Source of the DNA: Phoronis australis
Taxonomy: Eukaryota > Animalia > Phoronida
Assembly (NCBI GenBank): GCA_002633005.1
Contig: NMRA01000836.1
Coordinates: 62,315-126,314, forward strand
Length of the DNA stretch: 64,000 nucleotides
Reading direction: 5' to 3'
Every line of letters begins with the position of its first letter. Position 1 is the stretch's first letter. The translations under genes were made by a program, and so were the position numbers. Positions 33,601 to 44,893 of this stretch are shown here, piece by piece. The notes beneath the pieces are model-generated. The model worked only from the letters and a program-made list of their open reading frames with translations. It ran no database searches and had not been told where the DNA came from.

Positions 33601-36600
33601 CGGCAAGTACATGAGCACACAAAACCTTAAATGCCAATCATTTCCAGTATGCTTATTGGCGGTTCATGTAATGAAATGCCAAAAACACTAACAATACCAT
33701 GTCCTCAGCAACCAATGCCACTGTCAATGACCATAACTCCTGTGAACTCAAAATTGCGAATGAAACGAAGAAAAAAGAAATGCGAGTTGACACACCTTCA
33801 TTTCCAAGCCGCTATTTTTCCCGACAAACAACAGGTTACAGGGTAAAATTTATTGTTTTCTTGTCCACATTTCTCAAGGGGGTGGAGCTTGTGAAAGGTC
33901 AATTAGGAGACGCAGCCTTCACCAACTTGGTGGAGAGCCGTAATGAACAGGACATGAAACACACAACAAATCTCAGTGCCATGCGCCTAAACAAAACAAC
34001 AAGTTAGACATAAATTGTGGCTTTGGTTTGCTACCGTGATATTCACAGCACATTCAGTTTAATGCAGTCAAACATGTTACAGAAGGTTTATGTATACGTA
34101 CTTTGCCTTCAGAGTGAGTAAGTAGGTGAAAGTCTCTAAACTGTAGTATCCTCTGTCTACAAAATCACCCTGAAAAGACACTTTACAGTATAAAATGTTG
34201 CCATTAAAACTGAAACTCCTCAGAATACCAGCTAACGACTCCTGCAAAGCATCACTGCTCACTTGTAATGCTAATATAGCTCTCTACTGGCAGCTCGCAT
34301 TTTGTATTATATTGCAGAGACTGTGTCATATTTCCAAATATGGTCATCTAATAAAATGGTAAATTTCCATTAGTCAACAACAAGGGAGTGATCAAGTTTA
34401 TAAAACATTTTACCATGAATATGTAGTATTTGTATCAACTTTAACCAACCAGCACTATGGCCTTACCATGAATATGTAATTTGTGTCTGGTACTTCTCCA
34501 CCCGTCCGGAAAAGTTCTTTAAGGTCATAAAACTGAAAAGAGAGAGAAAACTTTGTTAATGATTGACATATGTACCAGCTAAGCTGTGCCAACTAGTAAA
34601 AGTCTTTTTTCATAACCTTAAAACACGCTATTTAAAAGACTATACACAGTAACTAATGTTGACATAATACAGACCACATACTTATCCATGTATATCTGCA
34701 CCACATGGATTAAGTATTGTAGATACCGTACAGATAACATACCTGTTCATGTGTATTATTACACAAAGTTCCTAGTATTAATACTGTACGGATCACATGT
34801 ATATCAAGATACACAGTAACTAGTATTAATACTGTACAGATCACATGTATATCAAGACACACAGTAACTAGTATTAATACTGTACAGATCACATGTATAT
34901 CAAGACACACAGTAACTAGTATTAATACTGTACGGATCACATGTATATCAAGACACANGCGCCACGCATTGGCATTGCCATACTTGGTCTGACACTCATC
35001 TGTAATGTGGACAAAAAGCATGGAATGAACACGTGTATAGCAAGAGGTGGCCTTGACATTTTTCATTGAACAAATAGTAAATAAAGTCATCAAAATTCAG
35101 TAACAAGTGTTACAAAAGAAAATGAAGTTTTGTGGGCCAAGAATTTAACTAAACAGTACCGCAAGAATAACATTTTTGAGCTATTCAACATGTTTTATAC
35201 AACACGCCCATCCACCACAGAACACTCTCACTGACCACAGAACAGGTCCACTCACCACAGAACACGCCCACTCACCCCAGAACACGCCCACTCACCGCAG
35301 AGCACGCCCACTCACCACAGAACACGCCCACTCACCATAGAATCCATACACCTGAGTGATCTGCCTACTCTCATGATTACCCCGTAATAGTGTGATCTTG
35401 TCAGGCCATCTAAAATACAACTTGAACATGTCAATGTTAAATGAAGACACATGACTTTCAACAAACTAAGTTCAGAATTCAAAATGAGTGACAGTATTGC
35501 CTAGAGTTCAAACAGCCTAGTCAATGTTCAGGCAAAACAGCTGAAGATATGCAAATGGAATTAATCAGTATAGAAATACCATTAGCTGAATTTTGTAATA
35601 AACCCCTAGAGGTTGGGTGAGGGGTTGCTCCGGAACTGCATGCACTCTAGATTTGCTAGATATGAACGATTTGACTTCTGGCACCAAATTGCTGCTGCAT
35701 TCTTTTTTGCGTGGCTTCCAAAAAGATTTTGTGGTTTCATTTGGCCTATGCTTAAGTCCTCCCACCATAGCAACAACCATAGCAACAACTGGCAATAGAC
35801 CGTTGAAATGAATAAATGCCAAGTGGGTAATACGGCAAGTACATGAGCACACAAAACCTTAAATGCCAATCATTTCCAGTATGCTTATTGGCGGTTCATG
35901 CGATGAAATGCCAAAAACACTAACAATACCATGTCCTCAGCAACCACTGCCACTGTCAACGACCATAACTCCTGTGAACTCAAAACTGCGAATGAAACGA
36001 GGAAAAAAGAAATGCGAGTTGACACACCTTCATTTCCAAGCCGCTATTTTCCCCGACAAACAACACGTTACAGGGTAAAACTTATTGTTTTCTTGTCCAC
36101 ATTTCCCAAAGGGATGGAGCTTGTGATAGGTCAATGAGAAGACGCAGCTTCCACCAACTTGGTGGAGAGCCGTAATGAACAGGACATGAAACACACAACA
36201 AATCTCAGTGCCATGCGCCTAAACAAAACAACAAGTTAGACATAAATTGTGACTTTGGTTTGCTACCATGATATTCACAGCACATTCAGTTTAATGCAGT
36301 CAAACATGTTACAGAAGGTTTATGTATACGTACTTTGCCTTCAGAGTGAGTAAGTAGGTGAAAGTCTCTAAACTGTAGTATCCTCTGTCTACAAAATCAC
36401 CCTGAAAAGACACTTTACAGTATAAAATGTTGCCATTAAAACTGAAACTCCTCAGAATATCAGCTAACGACTCCTGCAAAGCATCACTGCTCAATCGTAA
36501 TGCTAATATAGCTCTCTACTGGCAGCTCCCATTTTGTATATATTGCAGAGACTGTGTCATATTTCCAAATATGGTCATCTAATAAAATGGTAACTTTCCA

Positions 36601-39600
36601 TTAGTCAACAACAAGGGAGTGATAAAGTTTATAAAAAATTTTACCGTGAATATGTAGTATTTGTATCAACTTTAACCAACCAGCACTATGGCCCTTACCA
36701 TGAATATGTAATTTGTGTCTGGTACTTCTCCACCCGTCTGGAAAAGCTCTTTAAGGTCATAAAACTGAAAAGAGAGAGAAAACTTCGTTAATGATTGACA
36801 TATGTACCAGCTAAGCTGTGCCAACTAGTAAAAGTCTGTTTTCATAACCTTAAAGCACGCAATTTAAAAGACTATACACAGTAACTAGTGTTGATATAAT
36901 ACAGACCACATACATATCCATCTATATCTGCACCACATGCATTAAGTATTGTAGATACCGTACAGATAACATATCTGTTCATGTATATCATCACACACAG
37001 TAACTAGTATTAATACTGTACAGATCACATGTATATCAAGACACACTGTAACTAGTATTAATACTGTACAGATCACATGTATATCAAGACACACAGTAAC
37101 TAGTATTAATACTGTACAGATCACATGTATATCAAGACACACAGTAACTAGTATTAATACTGTACAGATCACATGTATATCAAGACACACTGTAACTAGT
37201 ATTAATACTGTACAGATCACATGTATATCAAGACACACAGTAACTAGAAGTGTTGATACTGTACACATCACATACCTGGGCCCAGTCTCTAATCTTTGTA
37301 CTCGAAATGAACTCGAAACTATTTTTGGCAATTTCTCTGCTCCTTTTGTACAAACTTAAGATAATTGGTTATCAGACTGTGCTCGAATACATTATAGTTT
37401 ATGCATAGGAGTTTCTAGTTCAAGTTTGCCCTTGAAGACCCTTATATTCATGCTACAAACTCGAGTAAAAACTCGAAACTTCGAGTTCAAACTCGAACTT
37501 ATTGCTTTAATATTGGGTTTACAAACTGTGAACTAAGGGCAATAAATTATCTACATAAGTTGTTGCGTACTCGAGCATAAAATAATAGACATTTATCTTG
37601 AGTTCGCCCAAAAGTAGAGTAGAAAATGCCAAACCTAATTTCGAGTTCCATTTCGAGTAAAAGGATTGGAGACCGGGCCCAGTTCATGTGTATCACCACA
37701 CAAAGTTCCTAGTATTGACACTGTACAGATCACACAGCTGTCCATGTATATCAAGATACACAGTAACTAGTGTTGATATCACACCGATCACACACCCGTT
37801 CATGTGCATCACAACACACTGTAACTAATGTTGATGCTATACAGATCACATACCTGTCCATGTATATCACCACACACAGTGACTGGTGTAGATACCGGCT
37901 GTACATTGGATTCTTCCAATAAGAGTTCACATACCAAGTCGCACAACAGCTGAAATGAACAGAAATTACACATGTAAAAACATGTTCTGTGTATATTCAT
38001 GACCAATGCAGATTTTTATGTGATGTGCAGTTATATTCCATAGGCGGATTTAGGCTGCCGCAAAAAAAATAAAACAGTAAGAGCGTAGGGAAATGTTGAG
38101 TTTATTAATAAACACCGGTAATTAAAATTAAACGGATGAAAAAAGATTTAAATGTGTGCAGTTTTAGTGTGGGGGGGGGCTCAAATCCAATTTCAAGTGT
38201 CAAATTCGGAACACGGCGCATTCGTAATGGAACTATGGTTAAATATACTAGGCTCTCCCGCGATATCCCAGGCGACCGGCAGTGGCGCTGAGCACTACGA
38301 CTCCGTTTCCGTCGTCTGCTCCACTGTGCAATGAAGAAAATTTACTTCATTTTTTAAAGAAAATGGAACCTGAGTGACAATGAAAAAATAGAAGCTGCTG
38401 GTAAGATGTGAATTTTAATCGAAGCCTTAGTGAATCACTCGCAATACTCTCTTTGTCAAACCTTATCTTAAGACGATTTCCAAAGCAATGCCGTCATTAT
38501 TGCCAACACGAAAAACGGATTTGGTCTTTTGAGCATTTGAGTACTATTTTAAATACGACAAATTTGTTAAGAATTGATGGCACAAAATATAAAACGTGTA
38601 ATAAGCATTACGAAAAGAAGTAGGTTTCACGCGCAAACGCTGTGGACCATAAACAAGTAGGTCTCTTAGTATGAGATTTGTAGTTAAGTCNNNNNNNNNN
38701 NNNNNNNNNNNNNNNNNNNNNNNNNNNNNNNNNNNNNNNNNNNNNNNNNNNNNNNNNNNNNNNNNNNNNNNNNNNNNNNNNNNNNNNNNNNNNNNNNNNN
38801 NNNNNNNNNNNNNNNNNNNNNNNNNNNNNNNNNNNNNNNNNNNNNNNNNNNNNNNNNNNNNNNNNNNNNNNNNNNNNNNNNNNNNNNNNNNNNNNNNNNN
38901 NNNNNNNNNNNNNNNNNNNNNNNNNNNNNNNNNNNNNNNNGTGCCATGCGCATCTACAATCGTGGTTCAGTTTGCGCAAATGCTTACAGCCGGACAAAAT
39001 GTTGGGCCCCCCTTGTGATATCCTAGATCCGCCACTGTATTCTCAAATACATGTGCTCACCATAGGTAAGCCAAAAGAGGAACTGTTATGTTCGTGGTTT
39101 TCATTAAACTTGCAGAGTCCAAAACATAACCTTATATGGCACTGGTAGCTAGAATCATAGATTGTGTAAGTTGTGCAAAACAATTCTCTGAAATCTGATT
39201 ATGACTCATGAGCATATGATCTTAAGTTGTGACAAACAAGTTTTCAGTTGAGAGTTAGACATCATAGTGAATAGATGTATCTTGTAGATATCTAGAATAA
39301 ACCCACAAAAACCATAACACAGAGTTGTGTTTGAAAGAGGTTTTCATATGGTGACCAATAGAGGTCATCTTGTCTACACATCCACTTATACCAATGATCC
39401 CAAGTCAGTAATGGTTGGATCGGTGGGTGATTTAAAAGTGCTTTGAGAACCACTTACTCCCATTTACTAACAAGGGTTATTAATTAGGAGTAACTGGTTC
39501 TCAAATCTCTTTTAATCTCTTTTAATCAGCGTAACACCTACGTTGACTATTACCTCAAATCGAATTGCTGTATTATGCCTAGTGATAGTGCGGTAGTTAA

Positions 39601-40088
39601 TGTGACACATGGGTCTGCAGTAAAGTTTGCCATATCTTAATAAATTTTTCTTAACCTGGACAGGACAGCGAATTCAAAGAGCAACTGTTCGCAAAAGGAA
39701 AGTGACCCAACGCTTGCTTACTCAATACTGGACAAATGTGCTGAACAGGGCGTCGAAGTGAGGGTGTCGTGTGTTCATTTGGACGAACTGTATCCCCCTT
39801 AGATAAAAGACCGCATTTCGAGCCATGCGTCCTGAACAGTCGACAAACAAGCATCTCGTCATAGCGTAAGGGTAGGCCCCGGTAGGGTGCGAGTGATTAA
39901 CTTTTTACTGACCGGTGCTTACTGCAGATTCACCGCAGTCTACAACAAGAGAATGAAGTCACAAAAACATCAACACGTATTTCACTATCATATTTGAAAC
40001 AGAGCGCAAAATTACGAACCTTCAAATCATTTTCTGGCAGATATTTACACTCTTTTGCGATTTCGATCATTCGATCTATGTCCGCCAT
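30498..40088 (-). CDS. PPP6C: Serine/threonine-protein phosphatase 6 catalytic subunit, 9 coding exons (exons 3-6 present twice in the assembly)
   Basis: Exons 40020-40088, 37854-37949, 34467-34532 (dup 36699-36764), 34102-34169 (dup 36334-36401), 33096-33169 (dup 35336-35409), 32542-32739, 31611-31702, 31095-31152 and 30498-30688. PPP motifs [34 protein letters not shown]; PP6-type N-terminus [10 protein letters not shown] and C-terminus RTTTPYFL. Confidence 0.96.
31095..31152 (-). CDS. PPP6C: PPP6C exon 8
   Basis: ctttcag| acceptor, |gtgagg donor; [19 protein letters not shown]. Confidence 0.93.
31400..31630. repeat. 63-bp tandem repeat derived from PPP6C exon 7 end and donor
   Basis: Minus strand gctaaagtaaccaatgag(g/a)tgag.. 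about 3.5 copies. Confidence 0.9.
31611..31702 (-). CDS. PPP6C: PPP6C exon 7
   Basis: AC acceptor (U12), |gtgaga donor; [30 protein letters not shown]. Confidence 0.92.
31703..32541 (-). other. U12-type (minor spliceosome) AT-AC intron of PPP6C, 839 nt
   Basis: Minus strand 5' site |ATATCCTTT, branch point TTCCTTAAC (plus 31715-31723) followed by 12 nt ending in AC|; removal restores GAFCDLVWSDP. Confidence 0.93.
32542..32739 (-). CDS. PPP6C: PPP6C exon 6
   Basis: cattacag| acceptor, AT donor; [27 protein letters not shown]. Confidence 0.93.
32945..33102. repeat. 20-bp tandem repeat derived from PPP6C exon 5 donor (also 35205-35342)
   Basis: Minus strand ttct(a/g)tggtgagtgggcgtg about 8 copies. 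Confidence 0.9.
33096..33169 (-). CDS. PPP6C: PPP6C exon 5 (copy B)
   Basis: attttag| acceptor, |gtgagt donor; [24 protein letters not shown]. Confidence 0.9.
34102..34169 (-). CDS. PPP6C: PPP6C exon 4 (copy B)
   Basis: ttttcag| acceptor, |gtacgt donor; [23 protein letters not shown]. Confidence 0.9.
34467..34532 (-). CDS. PPP6C: PPP6C exon 3 (copy B)
   Basis: ttttcag| acceptor, |gtaagg donor; [22 protein letters not shown]. Confidence 0.9.
34959..37200 (-). other. PPP6C: Second copy (copy A) of PPP6C exons 3-5 and start of exon 6; probable uncollapsed haplotype
   Basis: Near-identical to 32699-34957 (offset about 2.24-2.26 kb), introns included; exons 36699-36764, 36334-36401, 35336-35409 and 34959-34999, the last cut exactly at N34958. 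Confidence 0.85.
36940..37853. repeat. 48/58-bp minisatellite derived from PPP6C exon 2 end and donor, interrupted by a MITE (also 34710-34957)
   Basis: Unit ctagtattaatactgtacagatcacatgtatatcaagacacacagtaa; translates as VTVCLDIH versus exon VTVCGDIH. Confidence 0.9.
37279..37679. mobile_element. MITE, PIF/Harbinger-like (second copy, inverted)
   Basis: TIR GGCCCAGTCTC / GAGACCGGGCC, flanked by CTG and CAG; aligns with 8641-9048. Confidence 0.85.
37854..37949 (-). CDS. PPP6C: PPP6C exon 2
   Basis: atttcag| acceptor, |gtatgt donor; [32 protein letters not shown]. Confidence 0.94.
38039..39037. mobile_element. Non-autonomous TIR element (hAT-like ends) spanning an N gap
   Basis: CATAGGCGGATTTAGG ... 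CCTAGATCCGCCACTG; tattc on both flanks; right end related to 59112 and 61787. Confidence 0.5.
40020..40088 (-). CDS. PPP6C: PPP6C exon 1 ([23 protein letters not shown])
   Basis: aaaATGg start, 23 codons, |gttcgt donor. Confidence 0.92.
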
Positions 40089-43000
40089 TTTCAAAGGTAT
40101 GAATCTTTGTCATGTAAATGTCGATGGAATATTTCCTTCCGCATCCTTATTTATGTAACGCCATTACTATAAGCGTCTAGACAGAAGGCCTTTTATCTAA
40201 TTCATAATGCCTGACATGCATATTTAAGCTAATAAGTTTCGTTTTTATAAAGCTTGAACGGAAATTATATTGTACTTTACATGACGTGTTAAAAGTGACA
40301 TCTATTGGTAACGAATGACAAACACTTTTTCTAAAATCTCATTGGCAGATAGCTCTAGTGATTTGGATTTCTGAATAAGTGAAACAGTTTGCCTAGTAAT
40401 TTATTCCCGAGTGTGAATTGTCGTTTCAGCCAGGCGGACTTCAACTTATATTTGAATTGCTCTCGTGAGGAGAGTGCATTACATTATCCAAAACATGATG
40501 AAATGACGCCAGTTTTAGCAGGCGAAAGGCAAAATCATACAGAGAAAAGATTCAGGCTTTTTGAAACCAACCTTGCATATAAAGTGTACAGCCGTTTCTG
40601 GTTTTCTATTTCATTTCTCAAAAACTTCAAAACAAAATAACTGCATCTATATCCGTCAGATCGACAGCAGCGTCAACTCACAGCACCTATAAACATACGC
40701 TGCATAACTCCGCTGCACATAGTAGTTTTTGTCACGGTCATTTTCAGCAGCGCTGATCTGGATTTATACTCTTTGCAAACAAAAGAAGACAAACTGTCGA
40801 AATTATGTCGAATGACCTCATAATCACAATGATGAAAAATCTAGTCCAAAACAAATACAATGGCTTCATAACAATAGAATGCTGTTACATTTTTCTGTAG
40901 TATCCGTCATAAAAATGTTATAGTCTTTTGAATATCGTACTAGCTGTTGGTGAGGAGCTCGAAAATGTCGAACAGACAGTTGGGACTGAAAGCTTTTATG
41001 ACCGTGTACAGACTACACTGACGTCTAATGGATAGGCACTCGATGCACTGGCAAACATAAACAAAAAATTCAGTGATTTTTGGAGTTTCAAGTTTAACTG
41101 CTACCTCTCAAATATTAACCAAATGTACACATCGGCTCGAAAATTTTCTTGGAAGAACCCCAAGAGTCCCATGGAATGCCCAGTCTTATGTTCCCTGGTT
41201 GCTCATCACAAATCTGCGAGTTTGACTTCGAGAATTGCTTATAATAATAATAAACAACACGCTTTGTTTCCCAGTTTACAAATTCACAACAAAATCAATT
41301 TATTTCATGTTACAAGGCCACTGGTCCACATTGTAAAGCACAAACATAGAAGCAATATGCGCACACATTTTACATTTTGACGTTTTTAAGTCAAATTTTC
41401 ATGTGCAAGGAAGATATATTCATGACAAATAACTCTCCGCCAACGGATTGTAATAGAACTTTTTCAATGAAAATTTTAGTTTACTGACGCTGTTAGGAAT
41501 GTTTATTATTCACTTAGTTCTGGTTTTATGCCAAATTAAGTCACAAAAACAAGGCGTTTTATAAAAAAAATCGACCTTATTTGTCTATCGCTCGGTACGT
41601 GAAAACTAGGCATTTTGAAGCAAAATCCTTTCAGAAAATATATTCGTTTACTGGTTGATAACGCAGTTTTTTCGAAATTTGGTTAAGAATTGAGGTCATT
41701 TAGGGTCCTAGATAACGCCTTAACAGCCGATAAACATAGCGACTAGTCTGCTTCAACAGTTCTGCATTGGAATATTCGGGCATTCCATAGCTTTGCACAA
41801 GTAGTTCGAAATCGGGTTTATGACAAAAATCTCTTCACTGATCTACTCCTTTTCATCCACACAGTCCCAGAGCCATTTGGAACAAGTGGATCATATTTAA
41901 CCCCAGCATGTGTACTGTTTCCTGGATAGGAACTATTTCACCAAATTTATGAAACTTCACTACAGAAATTTATAGAAAGCACAGCCACAGGGGCCAGCAG
42001 TAATCAAATCATCAAAAAAATTATGTGAGGTCTCCTGTCGTAAACCACTGGCAAAAATTAACGAAGCCCCTTGATGGGGTTTACGACTTACAACTGCCGA
42101 CCGCCCGTAGTCAAGGATTGTAAAATATGAGATGGCATGTCCTTCCCATTGCCTGTTGCGTGGAAATAAAAAGCCCATTTTTTATTTTTCATTTTCTTAT
42201 TCACACAGAAAACTGATAAGGAAATATTATCACCAGCATACCGCAAACTGGCACCCAAAGCACCTCGACAATGGCTAAACCCAAAATAGGCATAATTTAG
42301 CGCATTTTGGCGCTACAATTAAGGTTAACGGAAATCCGTGTGAAAATGCAGACTGACGGATAGTGTGGCTCAGTTTTTACAAAATATTATCGAACATTTT
42401 ATCTACCTTTCATTTGAACCGTTTTTAAAACTACTTTACTTGCTGAACATATTTCAACCAAAGCGGAGCTATTTTGGGTCAAGAAATATTGATGATGTTA
42501 CAACTTAAAAAAATACTGGCCTGTATAATTTGAAATAAATATTTTCAACATGTATCATCAGGATGTATGAACGTACATCTTTTCAAGACCCGAGCCGGTA
42601 AACGCCTAGAGTCGATCTCGTGTAATCATGGCAGTTATAACAACGCCAAGAAAATCCAAATAGTTAAAGCGCAGAGCAAATTCATCACCGACGGTGAGTG
42701 CTCGTGAACTGAGCACTTTCTTCGAAAGTCTCAGTCACCGGCACCTGAAATATTTCACGGAATGAACTTCTTTGTCCACCGTTTTCTTTCCTTGACAACG
42801 TTTCCCCCTTCCTGCTGCTATTGACCCACCCCCCACNNNNNNNNNNNNNNNNNNNNNNNNNNNNNNNNNNNNNNNNNNNNNNNNNNNNNNNNNNNNNNNN
42901 NNNNNNNNNNNNNNNNNNNNNNNNNNNNNNNNNNNNNNNNNNNNNNNNNNNNNNNNNNNNNNNNNNNNNNNNNNNNNNNNNNNNNNNNNNNNNNNNGGTA

Positions 43001-44630
43001 ACCATGAGCTTACTGTGTTTGACAGCACCGCCCATTGATTGCATCTAATAGAACAACGGGGAGTGAGTACGCTAAGTCTCTTGTCACGTGACTTTTGTAT
43101 TTCCCGCCAATGAGATTCAACTGAATATTGCTATTCAAACCAGAAAACCAGTGCAACTGAGTCAAGAGTGACTTGCGATCACTACTGTTATATACGAAAC
43201 CTTATTACTACTACGAGATCTATATATTGTGTGGAGTGCCTCAACAAGTGAGCCGCCGTGCATGGTATTACACCTTCTATGAAGCCATTACCCAGTAAGT
43301 ACTATATTCTTGTATAACATGTGTTAAGTCGGCGTTAATTTTTATGAAAACGGTTGTCAGGCAAACTCGAATGATTGACCACTAGAAAAAAAGACGATGC
43401 TGCCCTTAAGCTTGTCAGGTCGCAGCTTCTTGGAAACAGGGTGTTTGGGGTGTGTCCCTCAACAATTGTCCATTTAGATGAGAAAAAAAGTTGGGCAATG
43501 ATGGAAAAAGCTGAGCAAACAGTTCAATCAACTGACAGTTTTGAAATGTGTGGTTGTATGTGGACTTTGTTTGTGTTTGTGGTAAATTTGCCTTTTTCTT
43601 TAATTGCGGTTTTTCTTACGAATTTGTTTGGCAACAATTCAAGATCGGATGAGCCTGTGATGTTTTAAATCCCGAACGCTTCGCAATTCATCATGATCAT
43701 TGACAGCTAAACCATTGGGGGTATAGCTTTAAGATGCATGGTTGTTAGTTATAACTGTGTAGTTGAAAGGGTAGTTCTCTTTCAAAATATTTACTAGAGT
43801 TCCTGAAAAATGGCAGCAGGTTACATTTTTTGATACTGCGAATGATTTGGGCCTGGCAAGACCGCCGGACAAAGGGTTTTATCACAACCAAATCGTTAAC
43901 CAACACAATGGTTTTCAAGTGTTCGTTTTTTGCCGTCTGTAATGGAAGCAACCATGTCTAGAATTGTTTTTGCTGGACGCATTCTGCAGGTTTAAATAGT
44001 CCTTCATGACTCAAATGTAAATGAGATATGACGATTGTTGAATCACGTTCGTGCTGAAAATAAAAAATTAGTGCTCTCAAGTCCGAAATATATGAAAGAT
44101 TAGGCAAAATGCAAAGAAATGACGTCCTGCTCACCTTTTTTTCAACGGTACAGCAAAGTCAAAGATAACATTTCCAGTATTGATTTCATGATGCGGCGAA
44201 AAAAGCCATCCATGACAAAGTCGTGAACGGAGGACAAAAATAACATTTCACGACACAACTTATCATTTTAGTTATAATCTAGGCATATTCACCATCGTCT
44301 ACCATGAGTAATAGTAATGACGATGTCCGGCGGAAAAATCTCCATGATCATGCCCTGGACACTGTTTACTTTCACTGAAACATGATCAGCAACCCTGAAC
44401 ATCTCCAAATTCCTTTATTTGGAATCAATTATTGTTTTCATAGTTTCCTCTGCCTAATGTTTCACTTTTTCGCATTATTTCAGTTCATTCCATGACATAT
44501 TTAGTATCGTTTGCAAAGCTCACATTAATTCGCCTAGTAATTAAAAGAGCACAAACAACTGATAAGTAACCGGCACTCAATCATGCACTGAGCCTACTTC
44601 AGTCTCTCTAAATCTTGCATAACACCAACG

Positions 44631-44893
44631 CATGCGCGCACCCAAAGGGGCCCCCCTCGATTTGGTGAAGTGGACAAAAAGGTCCGCCCCATTGAAACAA
44701 AAAGTCCCGGCCGAGAAAACGAGATAAAAAGTCCACTAGACTGAAACTTAGGCGCAAAGCCCGACGCGGCACAATTCGCAGCCCTGGACGTGGTACCCCG
44801 TTTTTTTAGTCCTTCGGCTTTTTTGTAGGTAAAAGGATAAATATCGTCGGAAATTCTAGCCCCCCCCCATATTAAAGGCTGGGTGCGCGCATG
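44631..44893. mobile_element. MITE with 14-bp TIR
   Basis: CATGCGCGCACCCA / TGGGTGCGCGCATG; no clear target duplication. Confidence 0.6.

Noticed and set aside
33333-36137. Paired similar ORFs (33333..33620 with 35565..35852, and others) suggesting a small gene family
   Set aside because: Intronic sequence duplicated with the PPP6C block; no recognisable domains
34710-37331. ORFs with repeated [16 protein letters not shown]
   Set aside because: Translation of the 48-bp minisatellite
38608-39018. ORFs with long X runs (also 42685-43048)
   Set aside because: Artefacts of N gaps
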